Shown here piece after piece: positions 26,395 through 37,779 of a stretch of DNA of 64,000 nt. The DNA is from Lama guanicoe (Eukaryota). The translations under genes and the position numbers were made by a program. A model generated the notes under the pieces. That model was not told where the DNA came from and did no database searches. It saw nothing but the letters and a program-made list of their open reading frames with translations. Numbering within the stretch: the first letter of the stretch is position 1; each line of letters begins with the position of its first letter. Location: positions 7,863,220 through 7,927,219 of the forward strand of contig MU054323.1 in the NCBI GenBank assembly GCA_013239625.1, read 5' to 3'.

Positions 26395-27255
26395 ACTTTT
26401 TTTTATTAAAGCGTAATAGATTTACAAAGTTAGTTTCAGGTGTATAGCAAAGTGATTCAGTTATACATATACATACATATGTATATAAATCAACTGCATT
26501 TCTATTCAATAGCAATGAACAATTAGAAAAACATTTTTTAAACTACATCTATAATAGCATCAATAAAATATTTAGAAGAAAATTTAGTGAAAGATATGCA
26601 AGACCTGTAAACCAAAAACTACAAAACATTGCTGAAGGAAATTAAAAAACAAATAAATTCAATTATAGAAGAATCAATATTGTTAAAAGGTCAGTTTACC
26701 CTAAACTAATTTATAGATTCAATACAATCTCAGTCAAAATCCTAGCAGGATTTTTAAAAGAAATTGATGTGCTGATTCTAAAATGTCTATGGAAAACACA
26801 GATTCCACATATAAGTGATAACATATGACATTTGTCTTTCTCTGTCTGACTTACTTCACTTAGTATAATAATCTCTAGGTCTATCCATGTTGCAAATAGC
26901 ATTATTTTATTTTTTGTGGCTGAGTAGTATTCCTGTGTGTGTGTGTGTGTACCACAACTTCTCTATCCAATCATCTGTTGGACATTTAGGTTGCTTCCAT
27001 GTCTTGGCTAGTGTAAATAATGCTGCTATAAACATTGGGGTTGCACCTATCTTTTTGAATTGGAATTTTCTCCAGATATATGCCCAGGAGTAGGACTGCT
27101 GGAATCATATGGTTAGTCTATTTTTAGTTTTTTACGGAATCTCCATACTGTTTCCCATAGTGGTTGCACCAAATTACATTCCCATCAGCAGTGTAGGAGG
27201 GTTCCTTTTTTCCACACCGTCCCTAGCACTTATCATTTGTGGACTTTTTAACATG
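26395..27255 (-). mobile_element. L1 3' end (-) containing a ~310-nt L1 ORF2 piece on the + strand (~26490-26800)
   Basis: ttagtttcaggtgtatagcaaagtgattcag (-); caactgcatttcta...tatagattcaatacaatc (+); gattccacatataagtgata... (-; ORF 26711-26902 FATWIDLEIIILSEVSQTEKDKCHMLSLICGI). Confidence 0.75.
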
Positions 27256-27332
27256 ACTCAAACACTTTTAACATTACAGCATGTTTCCTTTAATTATTCC
27301 TTTTCTTGTAGTGCATTCATTCATTCATGAAA

Positions 27333-27783
27333 TGTTATATCTTCAGCCAGTTATTTTACCAGCAAAATGGGTTTATTCAGGAAGAGTAAAGAATTGCAGG
27401 TTGGGGCATGTAACCTATGGCAAACCAGTGGCAGGTCTGGAAAACAAAGGAGAGAAAACTCTTTTATAGAAGAGAAGGTGGAGTTATAAACAGGGAGGGG
27501 CTGTTATAAACAGTCTGTTGGAGGAAACTGAGAATTCAAAGTATAGTGGCTTTTCATTGGCTGAGTTGTGACAGTCCCCCATTGGCCAGGCTGATGTTGC
27601 CCAGTAGGGAGAAATTCTTCTTTCTCCTTTCTGGACAGTAAACCTTCTTCCTGTTGGAGATGCAAGAGTGCAGACTCTTACTGTTGGGTCTACAATTGAC
27701 AACGGAGTCGTCTGGTGTGCACGCTGCCCCTTCTGGCCTCTGGACTCCATTATAAATGAGGTTTCTGTTTGTTAACTTTCACA
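27333..27783 (-). mobile_element. Solo LTR-like element (ERV1-type), family not identified
   Basis: TG...CA termini (reads tgtgaaag...aacA on -); antisense AATAAA (gggtttatt) and CCAAT (attggct) motifs; interrupts L2-like cattcattcattc. Confidence 0.55.
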
Positions 27784-28001
27784 GCACAATTTCTAATGGG
27801 CATGTAGTACTCCATGGCACATTTGCCTTAGAAATGCCTAATGAAAGTACAGCTGCCCTCAGCAACCCTGTCCAGAGATGATACACAAGTAATAAAATTT
27901 ATAACTACCATTTATTAAAATGTGTACCTGAAACTGTGCCAAGTGCTTTATGTACATCCTACATGAAGTGGGTACTATTTTTATCTCCATTTAACGAGAG
28001 A

Positions 28002-28400
28002 CAATGGTGTACTAGTAAATATTTTATAACCACTCCCTAGCGAAAAAAAAATCCTGATTCATAGCATTTGCCAATTTCTATGGTATAAATATTCTCACTC
28101 TGGCCAATTTCAAGCTGTCAACATGACATCATTGAACACAGGGTTGGGAAGAGATGAACAGTAGCACACTGTTACATAGTTTTTCCACCTTACAGATACA
28201 TAGACAAAAATGACCTCAAGAGCATAGAAATAGTCAAATGTAATAAAATAATGAGGAAATAATGAATTTTAAGTATTTGTTATGGTTGTTTAATATAATT
28301 TATCTGTAACTATTTAGAATTTAACTTTTATTAATAGCTATGTTTCATAACCCACTTGTGAAATTCCTGAAATTTGACAATTGACTCTCAACACCACTGG
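28002..28400. mobile_element. MER63-like hAT-Blackjack DNA transposon fossil
   Basis: caatggtgtactagtaaat...gcatttgccaatttctatggtataaata...caacaccactgg termini. Confidence 0.6.
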
Positions 28401-28644
28401 AAAGGGATTAAGTCACTTGCACAGATATTGGGCTTCAAATGTCATCCTCTCAGCTCTAGGGCCACTTTGCCTTATCTGTGGATGCCTGCTGTGAGCCAGA
28501 TACATGTTAGTCCCTGTGGAGAACAAAATATGAATAGCTACAATGGGGGAGGTGTGTGTAATAATACAACACAATAAATTCTATGGCAGTGGTTTGGTGC
28601 GAACACTGAGGAAAGATGACTCAGTCCTATCTTGGGAAATTAGT

Positions 28645-28746
28645 TTTGTTTTTCTTTTTTTTTAAATGGAGGTACTGGGGATTAAACCCAGGACCTTGTG
28701 CACATGAAGCATGCACTCCACCACTGAGTTATACCCACCTAGCCCC
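28645..28746 (-). mobile_element. tRNA-Ala-derived SINE (Vic-1-type), antisense copy
   Basis: T-tail then tggaggtactggggattaaacccaggacc...ccactgagttataccc; imperfect TSD gggaaat(t/c)ag on both sides. Confidence 0.85.
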
Positions 28747-28789
28747 TCAGGGAAATCAGGTGTTTTAAAAGGAAGGTGACACTTAGGTG

Positions 28790-29860
28790 ATTATCAACAC
28801 CTGCTGACATCACAAAATAGAGAAAATCTGACATTATGTGCCTCTTGACAGAAGGACCACCATTTCCTATAACATAGTTATGCCAAAAAAAATCAAAACC
28901 CAAACAATCTGAATTTGATTTACTATCTACGTTCTACTACCAATTTAGAGAAAAATCAGAAGACAAAGCAACATATAAAATCACCCTACGGAACTGAATC
29001 AACAAAATCCAGACTGTGAGAAACACTACAGGACAAATAGTTCAGTATCTTCTACAAATAAATTATGGGGGGAAAATGTAGGGATCTTATCGGGAACTTG
29101 ATATGAACAATGACTAAATATTTTATGATACTAAGGAAATACAGTTTGTTAGTTGTGTGACATTATTGCAGTTATATTGTAAAAACAAAAAGTTCCTATC
29201 TCTAGAGATACATATTGATATATTTACAGATGAAGTGATAAGACACCTAAGATCTTTTCAAAGTTCTGTAAGGACATTTATGTTCAATTGGTCTTTGATA
29301 AGGGTGTCAAAGTAATTAAGTGGGAGAAAGAATAGCCTTTTCAACAAATGGTGTTGGGACAACTGGATATCCACATGCAAAAGAATGAAGTTGGACTCCT
29401 ACCTCACACAGTGTACAAATAAACTAACTCAAAGTGGATCCTAGAACTAAATGTAAGAACTAAAACGATAAAATTCTTAGAAGAAAACATAGGAGTAAAT
29501 ATCTGTAGCCTTGAGTTAGACAATATTTTCTTAGATACGATGCCAAAAGCATTTAACAAAAGAAAAAAAATAAATTGGACTTCATCAAAGTAAAAATTTT
29601 CATGCTGCTTGCAATGTCATCAAGTGAAATGGGAGGAAATATTTGCAAATCGTATGTCTGATAATGGACTTGTACCCAGAATATATAATGTGTGCAACTC
29701 GGTAATAAAGACAACTGAATTTAAATACAGACAAAGGATTTGAATAGACGTTTCTCCAAAGTATGAAATATCCAATAAGTACATGAAAAGAAACCCAGCA
29801 TCATTAATCATTAAGGAAAATATGAATCAAAACCACAATTAAATACCACTTCATAATAAT
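28790..29860 (+). mobile_element. Old L1 fragments (3'UTR, then ORF2 C-terminal part)
   Basis: ttttcaacaaatggtgttgggacaactggatatccacatgcaaaagaatgaagttggac...; aatcaaaaccacaat. Confidence 0.75.
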
Positions 29861-30849
29861 ACTGTTATCTCTAGTTTACATTTAGAATTTTCTGAAAGAA
29901 AAATTGGATACAATATTTCCTAGAATTCACAGAGGTGGTGATTCAAATGTTCTCTGGCCTTCCCAGTTCATGGGCTCAGAGAAGACCATCTCTCCTCTAG
30001 GTGGGGTGGGGGCATGGTTCTTCTACACATAGTGGGAGCCCTACTGGCCGCTTTCACCATCTTCCTGCTCCATTGACCACTCCGCCCCTCCTCCAGACCT
30101 CCGATCTCTTGTAAGTCCTCCTTTCTACTTGCCCCCACCAACCCTGTCAGAGGCAGAACTCTCAGCAGAGCAGCTGGGATCCCAGTGACCCAGCCCTTGC
30201 CTCTGCCCCTCAGCCCTCTCTGTTCCCAGACAGACTCTCCCAGAGGGTGAACTCAGGCATAGCCTCCTACAACACCTGTGCGTCTCGGCTCGCTCACTTC
30301 CAGACCCAGCTGCTCAGTATGGCCTCTCTGTTGAGCGTCCTCCTCCCTCACGGCTCTTCCTGGCTCTCTGTCCTGCCAGCTGTTTCCAGCAATCTCAGCC
30401 CAAGGAAAGATCTAAGCGTTTCTGACTCTAAGTGAAGCCAAGTTTCTTCCTACACGACTCCTGAGCCCTAAGCAAATCAAGGAACGTATGTGTCTGGGTG
30501 ATTGTGTCAGGTCCCTGGAGATTTGCCAACAATTAAAAAGCCCTGGAAAGGCTCTGGAACATTCTACAATAGTTAGGAGGTGGATTCAACCAGTTAGGTA
30601 GCTCTGCTTGATGCCTCACACCTGTGTGGGCCCTGATTCAGCCGCTGTCCAGAGTTACAGGGGTTTTGGTATGAAATATGAAGGGTGGTCTGGGGGAAAG
30701 ATCAGAGGAGGAACTGAAGTCAGGCTGGGGCAGCAGGGTCAGAGAGCAGGGAGGGCCACACGACACATGGCAGAAGCAGAATTGCCCTGACTTGGTGACC
30801 AGTTGGGTGTAAGGATTAAGCAGAGTTCCAGGTGGGGGTACTGTGAAAG

Positions 30850-31275
30850 CATAACTTAGCAGGACCCTATGGGGCCTTCCCAGGACATCCTCCACCCCTG
30901 TATCCTATGTATCTCCTCCCAGATAATAGTATCTCATGCATACTTTCTGAGTTTTACCACCACCAAGTGGAAGAAATTAACTACTTGATGATCATGGGTA
31001 CGTAGCCTCCAGACCTTCTGGCATCCAAGAACTGATCACCATAACCAATCGGAATTGTGCACAGCTGATCACCTGCCCTGGGCTGCCCCTCCCTCAGCTG
31101 GCCTTTAAAAGTACTCAGCTGAAACCCTCCGGGGAGTTTGGGTTGTATTTTGGGCGCGGGCCACTCGTTCTCCTTGCTGGGCCTGGCCATAAACCTTTCT
31201 CTGCTCCAAACTCTGATGTTTTGGTGTTTTTTGGCCTCACTGTGCATCAGGCACATGAATTTGCTTTCAGTAACA
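30850..31275 (+). repeat. 5' LTR
   Basis: Shares ggaagaaattaactacttgatgatcatg, aaccaatc and taaacctttctctgctccaaact with the 3' LTR. Confidence 0.9.
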
Positions 31276-32373
31276 ATTTTTGCAAAGCCAGGCTAGGAGC
31301 CTGTGCGCACGACAGGTCAGCCTTGACTGGGGGCAGCCCCTTCCCTGGGCTCCAGCAGCTGCCAGAGCTCATTTCGCTCTGGGGAAATTGGGAGGGAGTT
31401 ACACATTCGGTGTCGCCTGGAGGTGAGTCGCTCCAGCTTGCGCAGGCTGGGAATTCTCTCCACTCCATCTGGGCTCATCCCCTTGCAGGAAGGGAGCTGC
31501 TCCGGGCTCCTTGCGACCCGCTCTCAGTCTGTTCTCTTTCCAGAGCTGGGCCAATCTGTTTGGAGGCCTCTGGGAGTGGAAGTGGAATTTTTAGATTATA
31601 CCTTGTCTGATTGTCTCTCTGTGTGACTGTAACTTGTTTGTGTTTTTGTGTATCGTTTCAAGGTGAGCCATCCCGGCTCATGTAGGATGGGAAAATTCTA
31701 CCCGCTCCACCTGGGCTCATTGCTTTCCTGAAAGTGAACCATTCTGGGCTCATTGGGAGCCACTCTGGGTCCATTTTCTTTCAGAAGCCAGGCCACTCTG
31801 GAGGCTTCTGTCTGTGAGTGGAAGTGGAATTCTGGGGCTACACTCTCGTCTGATCTTTTGTTTGTGGGACCATGTTTGTATGCGTGTCGGTGTCAGTCCC
31901 TGGCATTGGCTGGTTGATATGTCTTTGGTGCACACCCGAGCTCGGGTGTGATGACACCAGCGTACCCTTCACCTGTGGTGGAGTGTTGGTTGAAATTTTT
32001 TCTTTCCAGCCTTGGTCATTCAGCTTCATCTCTGATGAGGCATTGGTTGGGAAGTCCCCTTCTGGGGACTAGGAAACTATGACCCTGAGAGACCGTTTTG
32101 AATTGTTGTTTGCTTGATATTTGATAACATCAGCTGTGAATAATTATGGATGATCAGAGCCCTGCTCCATCCTACAGTCCCTCTAGGGTGTATTTTGCAA
32201 AACTGGGGTATCTTCAGCTATGCTCCCATAAATGAACGGAAGTGATTTTTTCGGGGGGATAACACATATGTGGGCTCAGTACTCCCTGATATCTGGAGAA
32301 CAATGGCCCCTAATGTCTCTGCTGTTATATCAAAGTGGCCTTTTGAAATTCCTTTGGTTTTTATTTTGGGGAG

Positions 32374-32375
<2 letters not shown>

Positions 32376-32420
<45 letters not shown>
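32376..32420. repeat. (GT)n microsatellite, ~22 units
   Basis: Uninterrupted GT run. Confidence 0.95.
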
Positions 32421-32422
<2 letters not shown>

Positions 32423-35223
32423 TCTGTCTCTGTCTCTTGGTACCTGAGTCCAAATTCTGTTCTCCCTGGTTTTGCTGAAAGTGAGCTATGTGAATGAATC
32501 ATTTTACATAAAATATAATATAATTTATATAACTGTCTATTACTTTTATTTCTTTAAACTGAAGTAGATATTTGGGAACTGGAAAAAAAAAATCCCTGAA
32601 AAAGTGCCAAGATGATTGGGTTTTGTAAAAGCAGTCAGCAGAGGAACCTGCATTTCTCTTCCTGTGCCTGTGAGGTATAGATGATCTAGCTGGGCTCCCA
32701 AGAAGAAAAAGGTGTTTTTGGTGTTTGTTTTTTTAAACTGAAACAGAAAAACTGAGATCTCTGGTTCTATCTTTCTGTAAAAAAGTTGTGAATGAGCTCT
32801 ATTTTTTGACTTAAAAGTAAGTGCTTATAAACTAAATACTTAAAAAGCTAGACAGAATATATTTCAAGTTTATGTAATCTGGAAAATATTCAATATTGAA
32901 TTGATATATTAAAGCTAGCTTAAGCTTGTTTGGTATAATCAATACAGCTATGTCTTTTACTGTACCTTGGTTTACTGAAGGTCATTAACTTCATGTTTCT
33001 GTTGCAGAGTTTGTCAGCAGAAGAAAAATTAACTTGGTATGACTAAAGTTATTATAAGTGAATTAAATGCAAATAAGAGCTTTTAGTGAACTTTTTAAGA
33101 AACAATTACATTTTAGGAATCTCTACTTATATGACCTCTCCAGATATTTGGTAACTTGAAATTTTACACTTGTGATAGATCAAGTTAAATAATGGAAGTT
33201 TATTGAATAATTGAATAGCTAGGTCATTCCAAAACAATAAGATATTGAAGTATTCACTAGAAATTAAGATTTTTAAGAACTGAGGATTCTAACTTAAATA
33301 AGTAATTGAAGCTACTGGAAATAATGGGGGAACATTTCAGTATACAGTCGGAAAGTAGGGTGTATGTTTTGAGTTAAAAAAAAAAAAGGTATGCAGAATG
33401 GAATTGTATTTTGTTAAGGGAAAAGAGAAGGATTTGGTCCTAGAGCTGATTGTTTCTAGATGGGGGGGGTAAGAATAAAGGGACAAGCTAACATGGATAC
33501 AGAAAGTTGTGGGAAGTTTGTGGAAAGGGAGCCCTAAAAAAGGAGTTCTGTGCATGATCGGGCTCAGAGCAGACTAAGCTTAAATAAGTAAATGGGTTTT
33601 GTTATTAAAAGTAGGCCAGTGCAGGACTAGATTTAGTTTCTCTCTGTTAAGAGAACAAGTTTACTTAGAATGCATCTGACAACAAATTTTGGGAAATTTT
33701 TTGATATTTTTGACAAACTTCCTATCAAATTCTAATTAAAGTTCTTTTGACTTCAGCTAACTTTGGGATGCTTCAGAGGGCCCCTGAGACATCTCAGAGA
33801 AACATAGTGAGCTAACTAGGATTAGTTGCTGTGTTGAATTGTACGGGAAGCCTTGTCGAATGAACGATAAACCTCCTTGGATTATATGGTGTGGATGGAT
33901 GTTGTTAGAGTGGATGTTCTAGAAATTATATGGAGTTTCTGAAATTTAGGTATGTCCTAGTATAATGCTATCAGTTATAATTCTGGTTGTTATCTTGAGA
34001 TGTTGTATGTCACAGCAACCTGGTTAAGCTACTTTGTCAAAAATATTGTAATTGGGTTTTTACCTTGCCTTTTTGCATTTTCAGTCATAGACAGTTAAGC
34101 TGATGCTTTGCAGAACTGCCTCATTTTCAAGAGAATTCATAAAGGGGATTTTTTGACAACTACAGGTTTCTTGTCAACTATACTGCTGAGCTGGGTGGGA
34201 TATTTAAGAAGTCTAATGAAAACTCTGATTTTTATAAAACTTTAGTAAAGGAGACTGATTGCATAGGATTGAGTAAACTGATGAGTATGGTTATAATTTT
34301 TTGGTTGTCTGAAGTATCACTGGCTCTTAAACTGTTTTCTAATTAAACTGTTTACCAGATGTTTGTCTCCCTATCAATATTGCCCCCAATGTTTAGGATA
34401 GAAAGAGAATTCTCTAATGGAGTTGTCACAGAATAGAACTACTCATGATGTATAACAATGCTTGCTTTAAGTCTGTTGCCAAAAGCACATGTACGATGCT
34501 TGTGTAACAACTGGGTATAAGTGATAAAATGTATAGCCTGTAAAGTGGATCCCCACTAGCATATCCCTGAGCCTGTTCACGATACCTGATTTATTTTCTC
34601 CCAATGTGGATAACTAGGCAAACATAAAGGAGGCCTAGCACCCAGGGACATGATCTAAACCTGGGGCAGGAGCTACCACCCCAGAGTCAAGGGACAGATA
34701 CTTTGATCATGAATGCTTTCTATTAAAATATTTGTAATCAAAAAGAGAAATGATGAAATCTGCACATATTGAGGTATGGGGAAGTCATTCTGGCCTGGGC
34801 ATGGTTTGACGTAAACTTTCTTTGACCAAAGTGGCCTGTTTTGTGACCTTTTGGACATGCATGTACATCTGCTTTGGCCTTGAGGAGAGGAATGCATTTG
34901 AAAGTCAAAATGGAGTGGCTGTGGTTCAGACATCCAAGGTAAAATGAGGTAGCCATTGTTGACATAATTCCAGTCACATTCATGTGTTGTTGAGAACTCT
35001 TAATTTTTCTGAACTGTGGCATATTGGGATGCCACCAGTCATTCTCAAAGCAGTGTCTGCTGGCAGATGGCAGCTGCAACCTTGTGACCTCAAGGTCTCC
35101 TGTAACTATTAAATTTTCAGACAATAAGCTTTAGATCAGATATTAGCAGGAAAAAAAGGAGACATGTAGTGACTAATAGCTTTTGTTATGTATGTTTTAA
35201 TACCACATCAAAAGTTAAAACCT

Positions 35224-35290
35224 TACACTGGAATTTGACACAACATTGTAAAATGATTATAAATCAATAAGAAATGGTAAAAAAAAAAAA
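35224..35290 (+). mobile_element. Ultra-short L1 3' terminus (~55 nt plus poly(A)) with 14-bp TSD
   Basis: aaaagttaaaacct at 35210-35223 and 35291-35304; insert gacacaacattgtaaa resembles the L1 end at ~8760-8810. Confidence 0.85.
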
Positions 35291-35694
35291 AAAAGTTAAA
35301 ACCTGCTCAGAAAAAAGTAGTCAACTGGCTACCTGGCTACAATTCTCCCCTAAAGTGAAAGGTCTGGACTGGTTTTCAAGCTTATTCTCCTAAATTCCTC
35401 AGGGAATAAGATTTTAATCAAATAAGACTTAGATCCAGGACTTGGACCTCAAGAATATTTCCAACTCGATGTCCATTCACCAGATCAAGGTAGGACTATG
35501 CCTTGTTTCAGCAGGAAATAGCCAGAGCAGTCATCACCCTATTCTCTAAAAGATTTGGGGAGGAATGAAATGAGATTGGAGATGAAACCGAATTCCACTG
35601 CCGAGGTTATGAGTAATCTCTCTGTTCAAAACATTATTCCTTCTTGACCAACACCTATTCTTAAGATTGAGGAGTATCAATGAAAAGGGGGGAC

Positions 35695-36139
35695 TTTTAA
35701 CCAAGCAGGATCCTAAGGGGTCTTCCTGGGTCAGACCCATCCTCCATATCCTCTGCTGTAGCTCTTCTCTGAAGTACCCAGATGATAGAATCTCATACAT
35801 ATTTCCTGAGTTTTTCAGATGCTAAAAACCACCAACAAATGGAAGAAATTAACTACTTGATGATCATGACTACGTAGCCCGCAGACTTTCTGGTGCCGTA
35901 GGATTGATCACCATCAACCAATCTGAATTGTGCATAGCTGATCACAGACCTTGGGCCACCCCTCCCTTAGCTGGCCATTAAAAATGCTCAGCTGAAACCA
36001 TTCGAGGAGTTCTAGGTATAGGCCACCCAGTCTTCTTGCTCCTCTGCCCAGCAATAAACCTTTCTCTGCTCCAAACTCCAGCATTTTGCTATTTCTGGCC
36101 TCACTGTGTGTTGGGCAAATGAACTTGTGTTTGGTAACA
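35695..36139 (+). repeat. 3' LTR
   Basis: Follows the PPT; contains CCAAT, TATA-like attaaaaa and AATAAA; ends ggtaaca. Confidence 0.9.
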
Positions 36140-37779
36140 AAAGGTGATGTCCTCAGCTGGGATAGACAATGAAAGAGGACCAAGTTCAAGTGCAGTGGTT
36201 AAAAGGAATGCCTGTGAATGCCTCGTTGAGGGTGTAGAAGCTTAGCTGGAAACTGAGGTCTAGAGCTGAGGTGAACCAGCGATGCTGAGTACAAGAAACC
36301 ACTGCAGACGTGGTGTCTACATCAGGGCTCGGAGGCCTCTCAGAGTCAGGGTGAACATATGACCAAATCCCGGTTTACACCCACTGTCTGGTTTATGCCT
36401 GTTGTCTCGCTTAGCACCTCCTTCCCCCTCAAAAGTGACCTTTGGATGACAAATTAGATGGTTACCCTACTCAAGAGAAAGCCTGCAGGGGAGGGAAAGG
36501 AAAGTGATTCCAAGACAAGCCCCTTTTCACTTGATTCTTTCTGCTGCCTCATTCTGCTACCTCCGACCCTCCATCCCCTCCTTATACTCCTGTATTTTCC
36601 CCTTTTTCTATTTTTTTCTTCCCTTCTGCCATGTTTCCCTTTCCCATTTCCCTAGGGAAGAGCCCACCCCACCTCCACAGACCCAAGAGAGCTTCTGTCC
36701 TCCTGGGTTACTCCAAGTCACACCGCTGTGGTGGCTGAAGAAAGCAAGCCTGAGGGCCAGCTACTTGGCCTTCCCGTGTGTACACGGGGTGAGGTGGGTC
36801 CTGTGCTAGGCTAGGCCAGGTTATGGAGGTAGCACTGGCTGGGGGGCAGGAGGCCTGCCTTCCAGGCACAGCTCTGCTTTTTTCCTGCTGTGTGACCTTG
36901 GAGCAAAGTATTTCTGCTCTCGGAGTCTCCATTTATTTTCCTCTGCAAAAGATGGAAATTGAATGCGTGATCTGAGCTGTCTCTTCCTGCTGAGAAGTCA
37001 TGTTCATCTTATCTGGTGCCATTTCCCTTGGGGTGCCTGTCATGTGAGGTGGGATGTCAGTCACCTCAGAAGAGAGGGTTTGTGGGTACATAGTGGGGGG
37101 GGGTTTCTCCCTGGAGCACAGAGCCTGAGGACGAGAGCCCATGAAGCCCTTTCAGTACCAGTCTGGGGGCCAAGGCCCACTTCCTGGCTGCCACATCGCC
37201 ATATGCCACAGACCTGCTGCAGCCTTTGATCACCTGTAGAAGGTGCCCCAGGTACATCAATGGTGAACCCAGCCAAAGCCACCACAGCTTCTGGGAAGGG
37301 CTTCCCAAGAGGAGATCCGGAGCAGGAACCAAGAGGGTTTGGAGGCAGAAGGTGAGGAGAGCAGGAAAGGAACAGCAAATTAAAAGAAGGGAATGAGAGA
37401 AGGGAGAAGGGGGCTGAGGGACAAGAGTCCACCACCAGTTGGGTGCCTGAACTTCAATTTCCTCATTTACAAGATGGGAGCAATCACATGCCGTGTGCTG
37501 TGTCTGTGCTGGGGCTACCAGCCTCATAGAACTCGTGACAATTGGTAAGAGGGTGCTGAGAACTTGGAAAGTGTTCTATGGTGGGGGCGGAGGGGGCCCT
37601 ATTAGTCTCCTGCAACAACAGGGAAGGTAGTGGGATTTGTAGTCAAATCGGTCTTCAAGTTGAGCTGCTACTTGATGTCTCTGAGCCTGTTTGCTCCTCA
37701 GTAAAATGGGGTTAATGAGGCATACTTGCCAGGATGTGTGAAGTTGGAGGTGATAAATATCCTAGAGGCAGCAACTGCT

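Larger units (their letters stand above)
30850..36139 (+). mobile_element. Endogenous retrovirus (ERV1 class), LTR-internal-LTR provirus, non-coding
   Basis: Two homologous LTRs ending in taacA; AAAG at 30846-30849 and 36140-36143 (4-bp TSD); PBS-like ttgcaaagccaggctaggag after the 5' LTR; PPT aaaagggggga at 35683-35693; gag-MA remnant ~32165-32330; env-TM remnant ~35120-35220. Confidence 0.9.

Noticed and set aside
31276..35694. Co-opted retroviral gene (syncytin-like env or gag)
   Set aside because: The remnants are short, frameshifted, contain stops and are interrupted by an L1 tail; there is no long ORF.
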